From the NCBI GenBank assembly GCA_964016885.1, contig OZ024746.1, positions 33,480,001 to 33,544,000 on the forward strand: DNA of 64,000 bases. Direction: 5' to 3'. This document shows, one piece after another, positions 25,505 to 39,300 of the stretch (its first letter is position 1; each line of letters starts with the position of its first letter). The translations under genes and the position numbers were made by a program. Below the pieces are notes generated by a model, which made no database searches, was not told the DNA's origin, and worked only from the letters and a program-made list of their open reading frames with translations. The stretch is from Eledone cirrhosa (taxonomy: Eukaryota).

Positions 25505-28283
25505 CAGATACTTGCGATCCAAGAACACAGGATCCTACACGATGAGCCCGTGAGGAGTGTGATGATTGGGTAGAGGAGACAGCTCATCACCACAAGGGCA
25601 GTGAGGAACATGACCAATGCTGCAGTGGAAGGAGTGGGTTTTGTTTTCGGCACAAAAACCAGTCTATTGGTGAGGGAAATAATGCCTGTCTCCCCGCGTC
25701 TGTTGAGGCTGACCTTCAATGGAAACCCAAGACTGACAGTCATCTCAGCCTATAGTCCAACCGAGGGGGACAGTGATGTGAGTGCGGAAGAGTTCCATGA
25801 GGAGGTGTGTAGAGCTGTCAACACCACTCAAGCACACAACATCCTGCTTGTTTTGGGGGACTTCAATGCACTTCTGAGTAAGGAGGGCAGTGAAGAGCCT
25901 TGCTGGTACTTCCATATCAACACCAACCGAAATGGAAGACTACTGAGAGACACCCTGTTGGAGGCGAACTTGATTGCGACCAATCTAAGGTTTAGGAAGA
26001 ATCCGGGGAAGATGTGGACCTACATCCCAGATGTGCACCTGTCCAAGTCCCAGATTGATTTCATTCTGGTGAATAAAAAGTGGCGGAATAGTGTTCTGAA
26101 CACAGAACCAAACAACTATTTCAGTACACTGGGTAGTGAACACCGGCTTGTTATGAGTGAGGTCCGGGTGAGCTTAAGAAAGAGCAAGGCTGGGCCCCGG
26201 AGAGGAATCTATGACTGGGGAGCTTTCAAGGAAGATGATAAGCTACAGGAGAGGTTCACAGTTGAAGTGAGGAACATGTTCAGTGCTCTGTGTGGAGAGA
26301 CAGAGGAGAGAGAGATTGGATGGACTGAGGAGAGTGTGACGAGGAGATACGGGCACTTCACCAATGCAGTGGCGGAAGCAAGTGAAATCCTGATGCCGAG
26401 GAAAAAGAACAAAAGGAAGCACGTCAGCTCTGCAAACCCCAAAGTGTGTGCAGCCAGAGAACATCTGAAAGCTGCCAAGGACCAATTCTATGCTGATCCT
26501 ACAGAGGAGAGGATGGGGAGTGTGGAGGTGATGAGGGAAGAACTCTGTACCGCTTACACTAAGGCCAGAGAGGAGGCACTGATAGAGAAGAACAGAATGT
26601 GCAGAGAGCGGTTGACAGATCTGGATGTAAGGAGAGCTGGATGATCATCAACGAGATCACAGGGAGAAAAAGGTGTTCGAGTCAGATCCAGGGAACGGGG
26701 CCCGAGGATAGGAAGAGGAAATGGCTAGATCATTTTAGGACCCTACTAGGAGAGCCACCCTCCACAGCCCAGAGCACTGGGGAGATCATGCGGCTGTTTG
26801 AGGAACTGGATATTGAGACAGAACCCTTCACCAGAGAGGAGCTTCAGAGAGCCAAGAAGAGGATCAAGGAGGGCAAGGCTCATGGAGAAGATGGAGTGGC
26901 ATCAGAGGTGATGAAGAGGTGTGATTGAGATGATATCATCCTGGGGTTCTGTAACCGGGCACTGGAGAAAGGAGTTACCCCGAATCAGTGGAGGATCAGT
27001 AACATCGTCCCAGTGCCAAAGAAGGGAGATCTCTCTAACACCAACAACTACAGGGGATCTCACTGACGTCACTTGTGGAAAAGACCCTCAACAGGATGAT
27101 TCTTAACAGGATCCAGCCTGAGATGGAGAAGAAGCTCAGGGACGGCCAGATCGGCTTCAGAGAGGGAAGATCAACCACCAATCACATCCTGATGCTGAGG
27201 AGGATATTAAACGGAGCTAGAGCAAAGTGCCTTCCTGCGGTCATGGTTTTCATTGACTTTAGGAAGGCCTTCTTTAGGTGGACTATCACTGCCTGATGAA
27301 GATCTTACAGGCATATGGAATCCACAAGAAGATAGTGGACCTGATATCACTGCTCTACACCAACACCAAATCCCAGGTCATTACACCTGATGGGATGACA
27401 GAGTTCTTTGAGATACTGGCTGGAGTGCTCCAGGGAGATACATTGGCTCCCTACCTTTTGGCTCCCTACCTTATTATCGTAGTGGACTATTGTATGCGCC
27501 TTGCACTGGAAAAAAAAGGACTCTGGCTTTACTGTAGCACCGGCTCAGAACAGGAGAGTTAAGGCGAAAAAGGTATCAGATGCTGAATTTGCCGACGACA
27601 TAGTTTTGGTGACAAATACAGTGAGGGAGGCAGAGGATTTGATGCGGGATGTTGAGGTTGTGTCGAGGAGTGTGGGGCTGAGAATGAATGAGACTAAAAC
27701 AAAATATCTGGTAGAGAATGTTGAGAAGCCGGAGGGGATCACTAATGTAGGCGGGAAGCCGCTAGAATTGGTTGAGGGCTTCATGTATTTGGGAGAAAAG
27801 ATTGGGAATACGGAAGATGATGTAGTTGAGAGGAAGAGCAAATCCTGGGCGGCGTGCCACAGCTTGAGATCGGTGTGGAAGTCGGACCTTCGTAAATACC
27901 TGAATATCCGCCTCTTCATTGCTGTAGTGGAGTCTGTGCTGCTGTACGGGGATGAGACTTGGACACTGACCAAGAAACTCACTCAGATGGTGGATGGGTG
28001 CTACACGAGAATGCTGAGGATGGCTCTGAACATTAATCCGTATACACTGAGGATGAAAAACTCAGAGCTGTATGGGAGCCTCCCAACAGTTGACATTGCA
28101 CTCAGTGCTCTTGTGGGAGCCCCACATGGACACACTGGAAGAGGAAGACCAAGGTTAACGTATGTTGATGCCCTAAGGACAGACACTGGTCTGTTGGAGA
28201 CGCAGGACATGGCAGCGATAATGAGGAACAGAGACCGCTGGAGAGAACTCGTCCATGGATCTCGGGAATTTTACCCGCCCTAG
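25502..28283 (+). mobile_element. RTE-type LINE (APE + RT), 5'-truncated and frameshifted, inserted in (TA)n
   Basis: LAIQEHR, SAYSPT, LGDFNA, QIDFIL, SEH (APE); QIGFREGRS, FIDFRKAF, GVLQGDTLAP, FADD, LLYGDETW (RT and C terminus). (TA)n lies on both sides. Confidence 0.9.
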
Positions 28284-28349
28284 ATATATACATACATACA
28301 TATATATATATATATAAAAGAAAATGTTCGCTCTACATAGGTGAATACA

Positions 28350-28804
28350 ATAAATGAAATCTGAGTTTTTCGAATATTAATAATTACTTTCGATTCCTTT
28401 GCAATTATGTAAACAAGCCTCAATTTTATAGCCATGTCAGTAGAATGAACCCGTCATTCCTGCTCCTGTGTTGGCATCTGAACAGAACTTCCAACAGAAG
28501 AGAAAGAATGAAGAGTCCATTCTACTGACATGACTATAAAATTGAGGCTTGTTTGCATAATTGCAAACGAATCTTATGTTATTATTAGCGGTGGATTGGA
28601 AGTATCAGTAGACGGTCGGACGCCATGCTTTCCAGCATAGTTACGTCCCTTTACGATCTGAGTTCAAATCTCGCCGAGGTTGACTTTGCCTTTCATCTTT
28701 CCGGGGTCGATAAAATAAAGTACCAGTAATGCACTGGGTAATTTCTGGCCTTGTACCTAAAGTAGAAACTATTATTAATATTCGAAAAACTCAGATTGCA
28801 TTTA
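28350..28804. mobile_element. Fold-back/MITE-like element with about 105-bp inverted arms; right arm interrupted by a SINE
   Basis: taaatgaaatctgagtttttcgaatattaataat...gtcagtagaatg pairs with cattctactgac...attattaatattcgaaaaactcagattgcattta. Confidence 0.75.
28587..28776 (+). mobile_element. CORE-type SINE, near full length
   Basis: Close match to 17825-18019; flanked by (t)attatt on both sides. Confidence 0.88.
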
Positions 28805-30856
28805 TATATATATATATATATAAATGCAATCTGAGGTTTTCGAATATTATAATATATATATATATATATAATATATTATATTATATTATATTATATTATA
28901 TATATATATATAATATCAAAACAGAAAGGTAAACACAATCGTATATGTGGCTTTGTTATTGATGTCAAATTTATATAAACAAATATACAAATGGGACAAA
29001 ATAGTTTTTCACTCTATCTCTATCTCTTATTACATATCTATTTCACATAATTTCCTTTAGGTTTTCATTGCAGCGGTTTGCAATAATGTGTACAATTGTA
29101 TCTACCATTTCATAGAGATTCGTTTTTTATCCATTCTCATTTTTACAGTTCTACTCTGAGAATTTATTGCTGAAAAAATTTCCCAACATTCTGGGTCACA
29201 TTGACTCTCTTTAGATCGATAGATTTCTGGAAAAATGAAAAACACGCAGAATAAAAATGAAATATGAGTTGCTCTGTTATAACGGTTGATTATTGGCGAA
29301 TAAATAGCGGGTGTATCATTCGATAACCGGTGGGAACAAAATTCCTTTTCACTATGCTTTATGCTTATTTCGGAGATTTTGGATGATATTACATTTATTC
29401 ACCACATAACGTTCAAACACAAGATTTTCTTGCCTTCTATTTAGTTAGTTACATACACCCCTTTTCTGTTTACATTCCCGCTAAAGACAATCATATACAG
29501 TTATGTGTCTGATATATATTTAAAATATGCTTTCTTATTAAGCTACGACACTGACTCTGTAGTTTAATTGAAGTAATCTAATAACATTCTCATGACCTTT
29601 ATCAACATAATTAGGATTTTCTCTTCACATTTTCTTTAAGTTTTTATTTTCAAAACGGCGTTTGGTTTCAATCTACACGTTCTGAGTGACTCTATTTCCA
29701 GATCTGTATAGTTGATATTTTCCACTTATCTTTTAGGAATATGATCGTGAACAATGGTCTTTAAGTATATTATATATAAAATATATTATGCATACTTCGG
29801 GAAAGGGATATGTTTTCATTCCCGATGCTTTCGTTGTCAAATTACATATTTTTACTTATGTATATATTTTCTATATTCCTGGAAAGCAACCTAAACTCTC
29901 CATGTGCTCTCTACATGTTCCCCACAAACCGCTGCACTTACGTTTTGTATTCTACTTCGAAATATACATTTTCTAGACTCTAATGTATGATTTCAGATGC
30001 TATATAATAAATCCAGTTCTTATTAGAGTCCTGCTATCTCATCGAGCGTTATTGAGGGTTGTTCCATCGACGGGGTATAAAACATCCCATTTGTAACGGA
30101 TCCCCACTATTGGGGATTTCGATTGTTAAGTTTGTTTGTTTTAATAATATTTTTACACGATTGTATGTAAGATACCCAGCAGTGTCTTTGTATTGTCTCA
30201 TTTTCCTATGCGCCCTTGGGGCAAATAAAGAAATATATCTCATCTAGCGTTATTAATAAATGTATCCTCATTTTAAATAAAATATTGCTGAAACAGTTCG
30301 AGTATTGATACATATTGAATGATTCTTACAATATTGAATCTGCTTACCATACTGCTTCTACAATCATGAAACCGGTTAATTCATCGTAAAGATAATGTTA
30401 AAGTCTTACAGTGTATTTTCAATTTGTTATATATATACAGTTATGTAATAAACAACATAAGATAATTGATTCATTTACCAGTGGTTTCTTGAAGACACAC
30501 ATATATATATATGTCTTCAGTCGTCAGATTGAATAACATGGAATGCTTATTAAAGATGGAATGCTTATTAAAGATGGATTTGAAAACAACATTTAGGAAA
30601 TATGAAAGTGAGGCTGAACTCAAATAACAGGCAAAAAATATATAAATAAATATCAAGAACTTATTTTTTATTGGAGAATGTAAGATATTTTCAAAAAATT
30701 TCAAAAATTTGATTGCACTGTTTTGTTTCCACTTATGTATTTTTTGAAAATGTTATTTATTCATTATAAAAATTAAATGATAGCATTCTATATCTAGGGG
30801 GAACCTCCTTCGTCTCCTGGCAACCACTATATATATATCAAGGTGAAATATATATA

Positions 30857-30870
30857 TCTCCTGTAAACCA

Positions 30871-30904
<34 letters not shown>

Positions 30905-30918
30905 TGGTTTACAGGAGA
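30857..30918. repeat. Palindrome centred on (TA)n
   Basis: tctcctgtaaaccactg (TA)n cagtggtttacaggaga. Confidence 0.9.
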
Positions 30919-30999
30919 CGAAGGGTCCCGCCTCCATCAAGCGTAAACCTAATACCTAACACTTTTTGTAACTGTAGTGCTTGATGTTGTTTTTATTTT

Positions 31000-31040
<41 letters not shown>

Positions 31041-31078
31041 TGTATAATGCCAAATATTTCTAAAGTAAGCTTATATGT

Positions 31079-31347
31079 ATGAATTTTCATGAGATTTTCG
31101 TAGTTGTCTCAGTGGCTTTGCGGTAGGTACTAGAAATGGTGGAGATCCTAACCCTGGGTTCAATGCTGGCCAAGTGGTATATGTAACCTTTTTCAGTATA
31201 TATTTTACATCTCATAGAAAAAAACTGAAAAGTTTTACCCGGAACTCTACTCCCGACCTGGATCGAACTTCAGACCTGTATTACCACCGTCTATAATCCA
31301 TCAAACTAGGCCCCAGAGACAGCTACAAAAGTATTATGAAAATTAAT
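31079..31347. repeat. Degenerate inverted pair of tRNA-like heads
   Basis: Left: gtagttgtctcagtggc...gggttcaatgc...ctttttcagt. Right (reverse complement): gtagctgtctctggggcc...gttcgatcc...cttttcagt. Confidence 0.55.
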
Positions 31348-31522
31348 AATTATAAACCTGTTTCAAAATCAAAGTTTAAAAGATGTGCTGTCGTTCCTGG
31401 CTTTCCTAGAGATATTAGTCATATTTAGATCGACTTGTGAATCTTTTGGCTCTTTGGTAACAACCTTATTCTGTGTGTTTAACTGTTGAATTAAATTAAT
31501 TTGATTATTTTAACAAACAAAT

Positions 31523-31568
<46 letters not shown>

Positions 31569-31573
<5 letters not shown>

Positions 31574-31779
31574 GCCAGGTTGCCAGCTTGCCCAATGGCA
31601 AGTAGGCCCCATTAGGGCCACAGTAGCATTGCAGGGGCCACTGTAGCATTTTAGAGGCCCATGCTTAGCTTTAAAAAAATACCTGATGTCTAAGAGAAAG
31701 AATAAATATACCCTTCTAAATGAAGGTGGGCTCCCTTCATCTCCTGGCACCCAATATTTTTAGAACCAGTCCGCCACTG
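31569..31779. mobile_element. Possible non-autonomous DNA transposon/MITE (YAGTGGC...GCCACTG ends)
   Basis: Short terminal inverted motif, internal GGCCC repeats, and a segment shared with 30797-30830 and 30902-30935. Confidence 0.4.
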
Positions 31780-32105
31780 CATACGTGTATAATGACAAAT
31801 GTGTTACATAAATAAATGAGGTCTTAAATAATCCGAAGAGAAATGACTCCCTTCTTCCCACTTTAATAACCAAACTGATTAGTGATAAAAATCACAGTTA
31901 TAAACATATTTATGTGCAGAGAACTTCAGCTATTTTCCCATAAGGAGATAATATATTCAAACATGGATACATCTAATCGCTTATGCGTTTCGGTGTCTAC
32001 AGATGAATCAATGGAAAATATTTCTTCTTCTAAAGCAACTAGTTTTTTGTTTACATTAAACTTCCAGTAAATCTTCCAATATACTATGCTATTTGCTAGC
32101 AGATA

Positions 32106-32136
<31 letters not shown>

Positions 32137-32460
32137 ATTATTATATATTATTATATTTCCTAAACAAAAGCATGCCATGCAAATACGACTCATGATTTCA
32201 ACTAAACTCTACATCCTACTTAAATTAGATAGTGAAATTATACGTATATTTATTTGTAGACAGAATCATTGGAACAGTAATCTTCAGATGAAGAAAACAT
32301 TATATCCGAAAGGCATTATTTTTTGTGTACAGAGTGACTAATATAATCTATTTAAACTTCATTCTATTCAGAGTGAGGTCACCATAAGAGTTTATATGTT
32401 TACAGTAAATTTACATTAAATCTAATATAGGCTATGTAGTAACACTCACACTTACACATT

Positions 32461-32668
<208 letters not shown>

Positions 32669-33118
32669 TACATTCATATATACATACTTATATATATATA
32701 TATATATACATGCGTACATACATATTTGTGTGTGTGCGGATGTATGTGATATGCATACATTTTTGTGCCTGTGAGAGCATATCTCAGTGTAGAAAACAAC
32801 CACATATTGAGTTTAAACCGAGCGTCACTACTGAATAGCTGAGGTTAATCTTTTATGACAGAGACAACATTGTCATTTTGCAATTCCAGACATTGATTTT
32901 CACCAGCAATAAAGCATATTGAAAGTGTAGTAACTTGCTTGAAGATAAAAGACGAACATCAGTATTGTCAATGCCATTTACCTACGAACGTACAATAATG
33001 GACACTGACATATATGTAGGGTAGCAGCAATGTGATTAATATATATATATATACATATATATATCCCGTTAAGGGTGAAAGCAGCGATTCTTTGCTTAAA
33101 CTTTAATCTGTTATTTTA

Positions 33119-33149
<31 letters not shown>

Positions 33150-33199
33150 GTGCAAATTTGGACGGGAACAAAACAGAGAGGCAGACAAATAAAGGTTTA

Positions 33200-34020
33200 T
33201 TAGGTTCACGCTCTTGAGAGTGGGTCCTGTCTGAAGCAGCCGTCTCCACCTGATCCGATTGGATCCTAAGTGAGACCAGCGAAGCCCATGAATACAATCC
33301 ACCCATCTTGCTCTGGATATATACCCGGTTCTCCTTCTATTGGGTCTTGCTCTTAAAATCTGTCCAGCGATTTTTTCCTTGGAGTTTTTTACCACATGTG
33401 CATATAATGAGAGCGGAGCTGTGTCAATTTGGAGAAATTGTGGTTCTACATGATGTGTCTCTCTGATTTCCGAGCTATGCACTCTATCGAGTAACGTTAC
33501 TCCTAAGCCATTTGGATGAAACCCTATTCCGGCCGCTTGTATTCGCGATCGTATTCTTTCGGGCATTATACAATGGTGGCACGAATTCCGAATTGAAGAA
33601 AGTGAGTTTAGGTTTTACAACTACCTACCTACTGAGTATAAAATGTTGAATCTAGCTCATTACTGCATCAGCTCATGCAATTCTTGCACTCTATTCAGCT
33701 TCCTCTCTTCTATCACTCGTAAACACGACTCTGTTATACTTGAATTTCTCCACGTTATTCAGTGGAACTCCATTCACACGTAGGTTGCACTGCACATACG
33801 TCCTTCAGAGGACAGGTGTCTCAGTTTTTGCAGCACTGATTTTCATTCCAGCCAAGCAGCTCTCAGCATCAAACCTATCAAGAGCAAGTCGGAGAAACAC
33901 CTCCTTTCGAGTAAAGTAACACTATGTCACCTGAAACCTCAAGCCGGCTGATTTTACACATCCCAGTCATGATATCACTTCCACCATGGCCTCACCTGTC
34001 AATAGGACATGACATGAAAT
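33200..34020 (-). mobile_element. Old RTE-clade LINE 3' fragment
   Basis: The minus frame reads RIQAAGIGF...LGVTLLDRVHSSEIRE...LYAHVVK...RARPNRRR, typical of an RTE C terminus; related to 54250-55270. Confidence 0.7.
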
Positions 34021-35609
34021 GATCTGGTCGTTGGTTATGTATGTTTTTCATACAAGTGTAAATAACTCAGGCACAGAAATAGCAGTAAAACCGCCTCTGT
34101 CATAATGATCTTAGCAAAGTGTTGCGTTTGTTAAACAAATCCATTTATGAACTGAAAAGCGGGTACCGAAGATGAGAGAGAAACGCCAAGAGAGAGCGAG
34201 AATGAAAAGTGTAGAATGCTTAGCATATCATGGGAGATGGAAGAGGTAGATATAGAGAGAGAAAAGAGGGAACGGACGGGATAGAAAGTATAGTGTTGAC
34301 AAGGAGAAGAAAGAACGAGACAACAACAGCGAAAAGCAAGGTTGCATAACATATCTGTCCTCTCAGATTTCTTACAGTTTCCCTTTTTTCGTTAAGATAC
34401 AAACATTTAACTAATCTCACGGGCATGATATGTGCTACTCTCGATTGTGTGCATGTGGATCATGTTTATATGATGCACCTCGCATAGAGTAGATGGAATA
34501 TATAGCTCCTCATCATCCACTTAATATGATTGGTCCTTATGTGAATAAATGATTAACCTACTAATTTGTGAATCAATTTGTTAAAACTAAAAATCGTTAC
34601 TCATCGAAAATCAGAGAATAATAGTATCGAAAACCTCCACAATACGGGCTCACTATGTAATTTCTCCGGGGTTTCCCAACCTGTTAGAAGGAACGGCAAA
34701 TTTCCATTGTATATGAATCTATATTCTTAGTGAAAACAAACGTGCGATTAAAATTATTTTGAGCATGCATCTGCTTTTGAAAAGCAAACAATGTTAGCAA
34801 CACTTATGGTGGAAAAATAATTGGTTCTGCTGACACAAAACCGAATTATGCAAAATGCTTGCTTCTCGGCCAAATAAGCAAATATAACAAGGATGTTAGA
34901 CAAAGAAACAAAATTGCCATTGTTTAGGTTCAGAAATGCACACAGTTGTCCAGTCCTAGCGTTAGAGTATGTTACTATTTTCTTATTTTCATATGAGATT
35001 CATTTGTTTTGTTCAAATACCCTCTCTTTTTTTACAACGTTTACATCCACTGCATAATATAGATTGTACACAAAATCCTATCAAAAACACCACCCAAAGA
35101 AAATAAAAAAGACATTCTTATCCAGCAGAAGCTGAAATATTCTGTACAACCGGAAAACAACTTTCAAACTTTTGTGAAGCATATATAAGATAATCCTAAT
35201 CTATATATTTTGGATTATAGTATGTAAGTTATACAAAAAAATAATATCATGGATCACTTAGATATTTGTTTTGAGATATTTGGACAAGCATGTCAATACC
35301 TAAGCTGACGTGTGTGCCTGTGTTTCAGTTGGAATGAAAAATGCACCAATCATTGACAACAGATTGAATATTGAAGACATCTACAACCGATACTGTTGGA
35401 AAGTGTATATGAAGTTGTATGTATCGATATATTGGAATACATGCATGCAGGTATATGTAAATACATATTAATATCGACTTAGGAATATATAAATATAAAA
35501 GTAAAAGGATAAATTATATAATAAAAATAAAACTGCAGATCAACATATTACGAAAAACATAATTTATAAAAAAATATTGATAATGATGTGGCGACGAAAA
35601 CGATTCTGT

Positions 35610-35661
35610 TAATGATAATGATGATGATGATAATAATGATGATAATGATGATGATGCTGAT

Positions 35662-35716
<55 letters not shown>

Positions 35717-35717
35717 T
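35610..35717 (+). repeat. (GAT/AAT)n then (TAA)n microsatellite
   Basis: Direct reading. Confidence 0.9.
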
Positions 35718-36349
35718 ATAAAAAAAATAAAATGGCTATAAATGGAAGAAGAAGAACCCCCCCCATCCTCTCCTCTGGCTACACTATATAGGACAGCGAA
35801 ACTCACCAACACCAGAAACTAGATACACCACCCACCCCATCATCTGTGTACACTAAACACAACAGCATTTTCACCTTCACCGCCACCGCTCACTACGGCC
35901 ATCATTACCACCACTATCCCATCACCGCCGCCACCACCCCCTGACTCCTTCACTGCTGCTGCCACCGCTAAAGCACCATCACTACAGTAATACGGTCGCA
36001 TCACCGCCACCACTGCCTCGGTATCGACATCACCACCACCACTGTCTCAGTATCGCCAACGCCGCCAGTCTCTGCTGGCTACCACTTCCACATTATAGAA
36101 TTCCTACTACTAACAAAGAGGAAGGCATCAAAATATATAGATAGACTCAAAAGAAAAAAAGAAAAAACAAACAACAAAAGCAGCACAGCAACAACAGTAA
36201 AAAACGAGAAAAACAGAGAAAAACAAAAACAAAAAAAGAAACCCCAAAAACGTAAAGAAAATAAGAATGAAGAGAGAAGCAGGCGGACGGACAGAGAAGA
36301 GGGGGGAAAAAGTAAAACTTAAAAAACAAAAACTAAGTCAGACATTCGA

Positions 36350-39300
36350 ATACTACATTACAATGAAACTTATGCTTATTCATTTTTGGGGCCCTTTCTG
36401 CCCGTGTGTTTGTTTGTTTATGTGTGTCCGTATACAGCGTGGTGATAATGCCACACAAGGGCCAAGTGGGATGGCGGATCCACAGATGGCTATGTAAACA
36501 TACATTCGCCAATCCTCGATAAGAGTGTTTAAATATCGAACATAAACAGTTCGAATAACGGTGAAATGGAGACTAGAACGTCATGTGACAGACTCTCACC
36601 CAACAGGTGCCCCCTGGCTCAGCAGCAGGAACCTGACTGTCAACCAAATACTGCTGATGTTGGAGGAAGAAGAAGAAGGAAAGGGGCCAGAACCAACTGG
36701 ACGAAAGAATTGAATAGAACTGTTATGCAATGCTACCTGAAAAGTAACCCCAAGGAGAGGGGCTACAGGAGACGGATGCATAACATCTGGAACGAGATTG
36801 GTTTATTTAAATTAGATGAACAAAAATTGGCCGGGCAGGCTCGGGTAATAAGAACTAATGGGTGGATAAGCGAGCTGGAACTGGAGGAACTGAGCAGAGA
36901 GAATGGCTTGGAGATGGCGGGTGTAGTATGCCAGACAAGCGAGCCGGCGGGAAATGAAGGTGAGGAGGTCCTGAGAACGGAGGAACCACCCGAAGCAGAC
37001 AATGATCTGAATACTGAGATAAATAATACCTGGAACAGAGATACGGCCACTGAGGAGATGAATGCTGACGGGCTAGGACAAGATTCGGTTGACATCCTAA
37101 ATTTAGTGGTAGATGAGTTGAACAATGATAGTGGGAGACCTATGAACCTAAGATTTGTAGACAGGAAAAAGTTAAAAGAAACAACAGCTAAGGTAAACAA
37201 AGTCATCCCATACCTTGAGGCGAGGAGTCTTCACCAGTGCAACAATATCCTCAAAGCAACAGCAAATACGGTGAGGAAACTACTTGGTATAAAAGCGAGA
37301 GGAAACAACAGACAAGAAAGAGCAGAGCCGTGGTGGAAGAAGCGACTGAGTGGGCAAATCGGGGAAATGAGAAATGACATAGGAAAGCTTGAGTCACTAC
37401 TGAATGGGACACTAAAAAACATAGGCACTAAAAATAGACTGGAAATAAAATACAAAACTAGGAGTAAAAAGCTAAATATTATCATAGAGGAATTGAAGCA
37501 ACGCATTGTAGCAAAGAGTGCCAAAATCAGGCGATACGAGAACAGAGTCAGTCAGTATAAACAGAACCGCATGTTCGACAACAACCAGAAGATGCTGTTT
37601 GGACAGCTTGAGGGGAAAGAAAGAGGCAACGACTTGATTCCTGGGGCGGAACAAGCTAAAACATTCTGGAGAGGAATATGGGAGCAGGATGTTAGACACA
37701 ATGCCCAGGCAGGGTGGATTGAGACAGTACAGAGGGAGATCGGTGAGCAGGCACAGCAACAGACTGATTTGAGTATCACAGTTGAAACTCTTAAGGGGCA
37801 AGCCAAAAAACTAACCAACTGGAAATCACCAGGCCCAGATGGTGTGCAGGGGTATTGGATTAAACATTTAACATCCCTCCACCCGAAGCTGACGGCCATG
37901 TTCAATGACTGCTTGGTGTCGGGTGAGGTGCCAGAGTGGTTGACAAAAGGTACCACAGTTCTGATAATGAAAGACCGAATCAAGGGTAATGATGTTACCA
38001 ACTATAGACCTATCACATGTCTGCCCGTAATGTGGAAACTGTTGACGAGCATTGTGTCTGAGGAAATCTACCATCACCTCCACACAAACAACTTGTTGCC
38101 GGACGAACAGAAAGGATGCCGAAAGAAGTCACGTGGTACAAAGGACCAGTTGCTTATTGATAAGATGGTAATAGGGAATTGCAGGAGGAGACACACTGAT
38201 CTTGCCATGGGATGGATAGACTACAGAAAGGCATTTGACATGGTGCCTCATTCCTGGATCACCAAAAGCCTGGAGATCTTCAGGGTGGCAGATAACATCA
38301 GACAGTTGCTGGGCAGGAGTATGGGGTCCTGGGAGACAGAGTTGACATCAACTGGAGTATCCTTGGGAAGCGTGAAGATCAAGAGAGGTATCTTCCAGGG
38401 AGATAGCCTGTCCCCTCTGTTGTTTGTCCTTGCTCTGATGCCCTTGACCATTATGCTGCGAAAAGTGAGAGCAGGATACAAGTTGGGAAGGGGAGAGCTT
38501 ACCATCAATCACCTCCTCTTCATGGACGATCTTAAGCTCTTCGGGAAAAGTGAGAAGGAGTTGGATGTGCTTGTTGACACTGTCCGTATTTTCAGCAGTG
38601 ATATATGTATGCAGTTTGGTATTGGTAAATGTGGAGTCATTGTGATGAGGAGGGGTAGGTTGAGCAGAAGTAACGGGATCCAGATACCAACAGGTGAGAT
38701 GATAAAGGAAATTGACTCTGAGGAAGGATACAAGTATTTGGGCGTTCTGGAGGCTGATGGCATAAAGAACAAAAAAATGAAGGAATTGTTAAGAACTGAA
38801 TACATTCGGAGAGTAAGGAGCGTATTGAAGTCACATCTGAACAGCAGAAATGCCATAAGCGCAGTAAATTCCCGAGCTGTGTCTATTATTAGGTACAGTG
38901 CGGGAATTCTGAGATGGAATGTTGCTGAACAAAAAGAAATGGATAGGAAGACTAGGAAGCTATTGACTATCTACAACATGTTCCACAAGAGGAGTGATGT
39001 CGATAGACTCTACCTAAGGAGATCTGAGGGTGGAAGAGGTCTTATCAGCATAGAGGACTGTGTTCAGATGGAGAAAAACAACCTATACAAATACGTGACC
39101 TATAGTAAGGAGCCAATGCTCAGAGCTGTACTGAAGGAGGGGACAGTAGGCCAGGGGATACCCAAGGAGGAAATAACATCAAGGAGGAAGAGCAGCCTTA
39201 AGGGAAAATCCCTTCATAGTACCTTCTTTGAGAAAACTGAATTTAGAGATCCACAGACATGGAACTGGTTGAGAAGAGGAGACCTCAAAAAGGCTACAGA

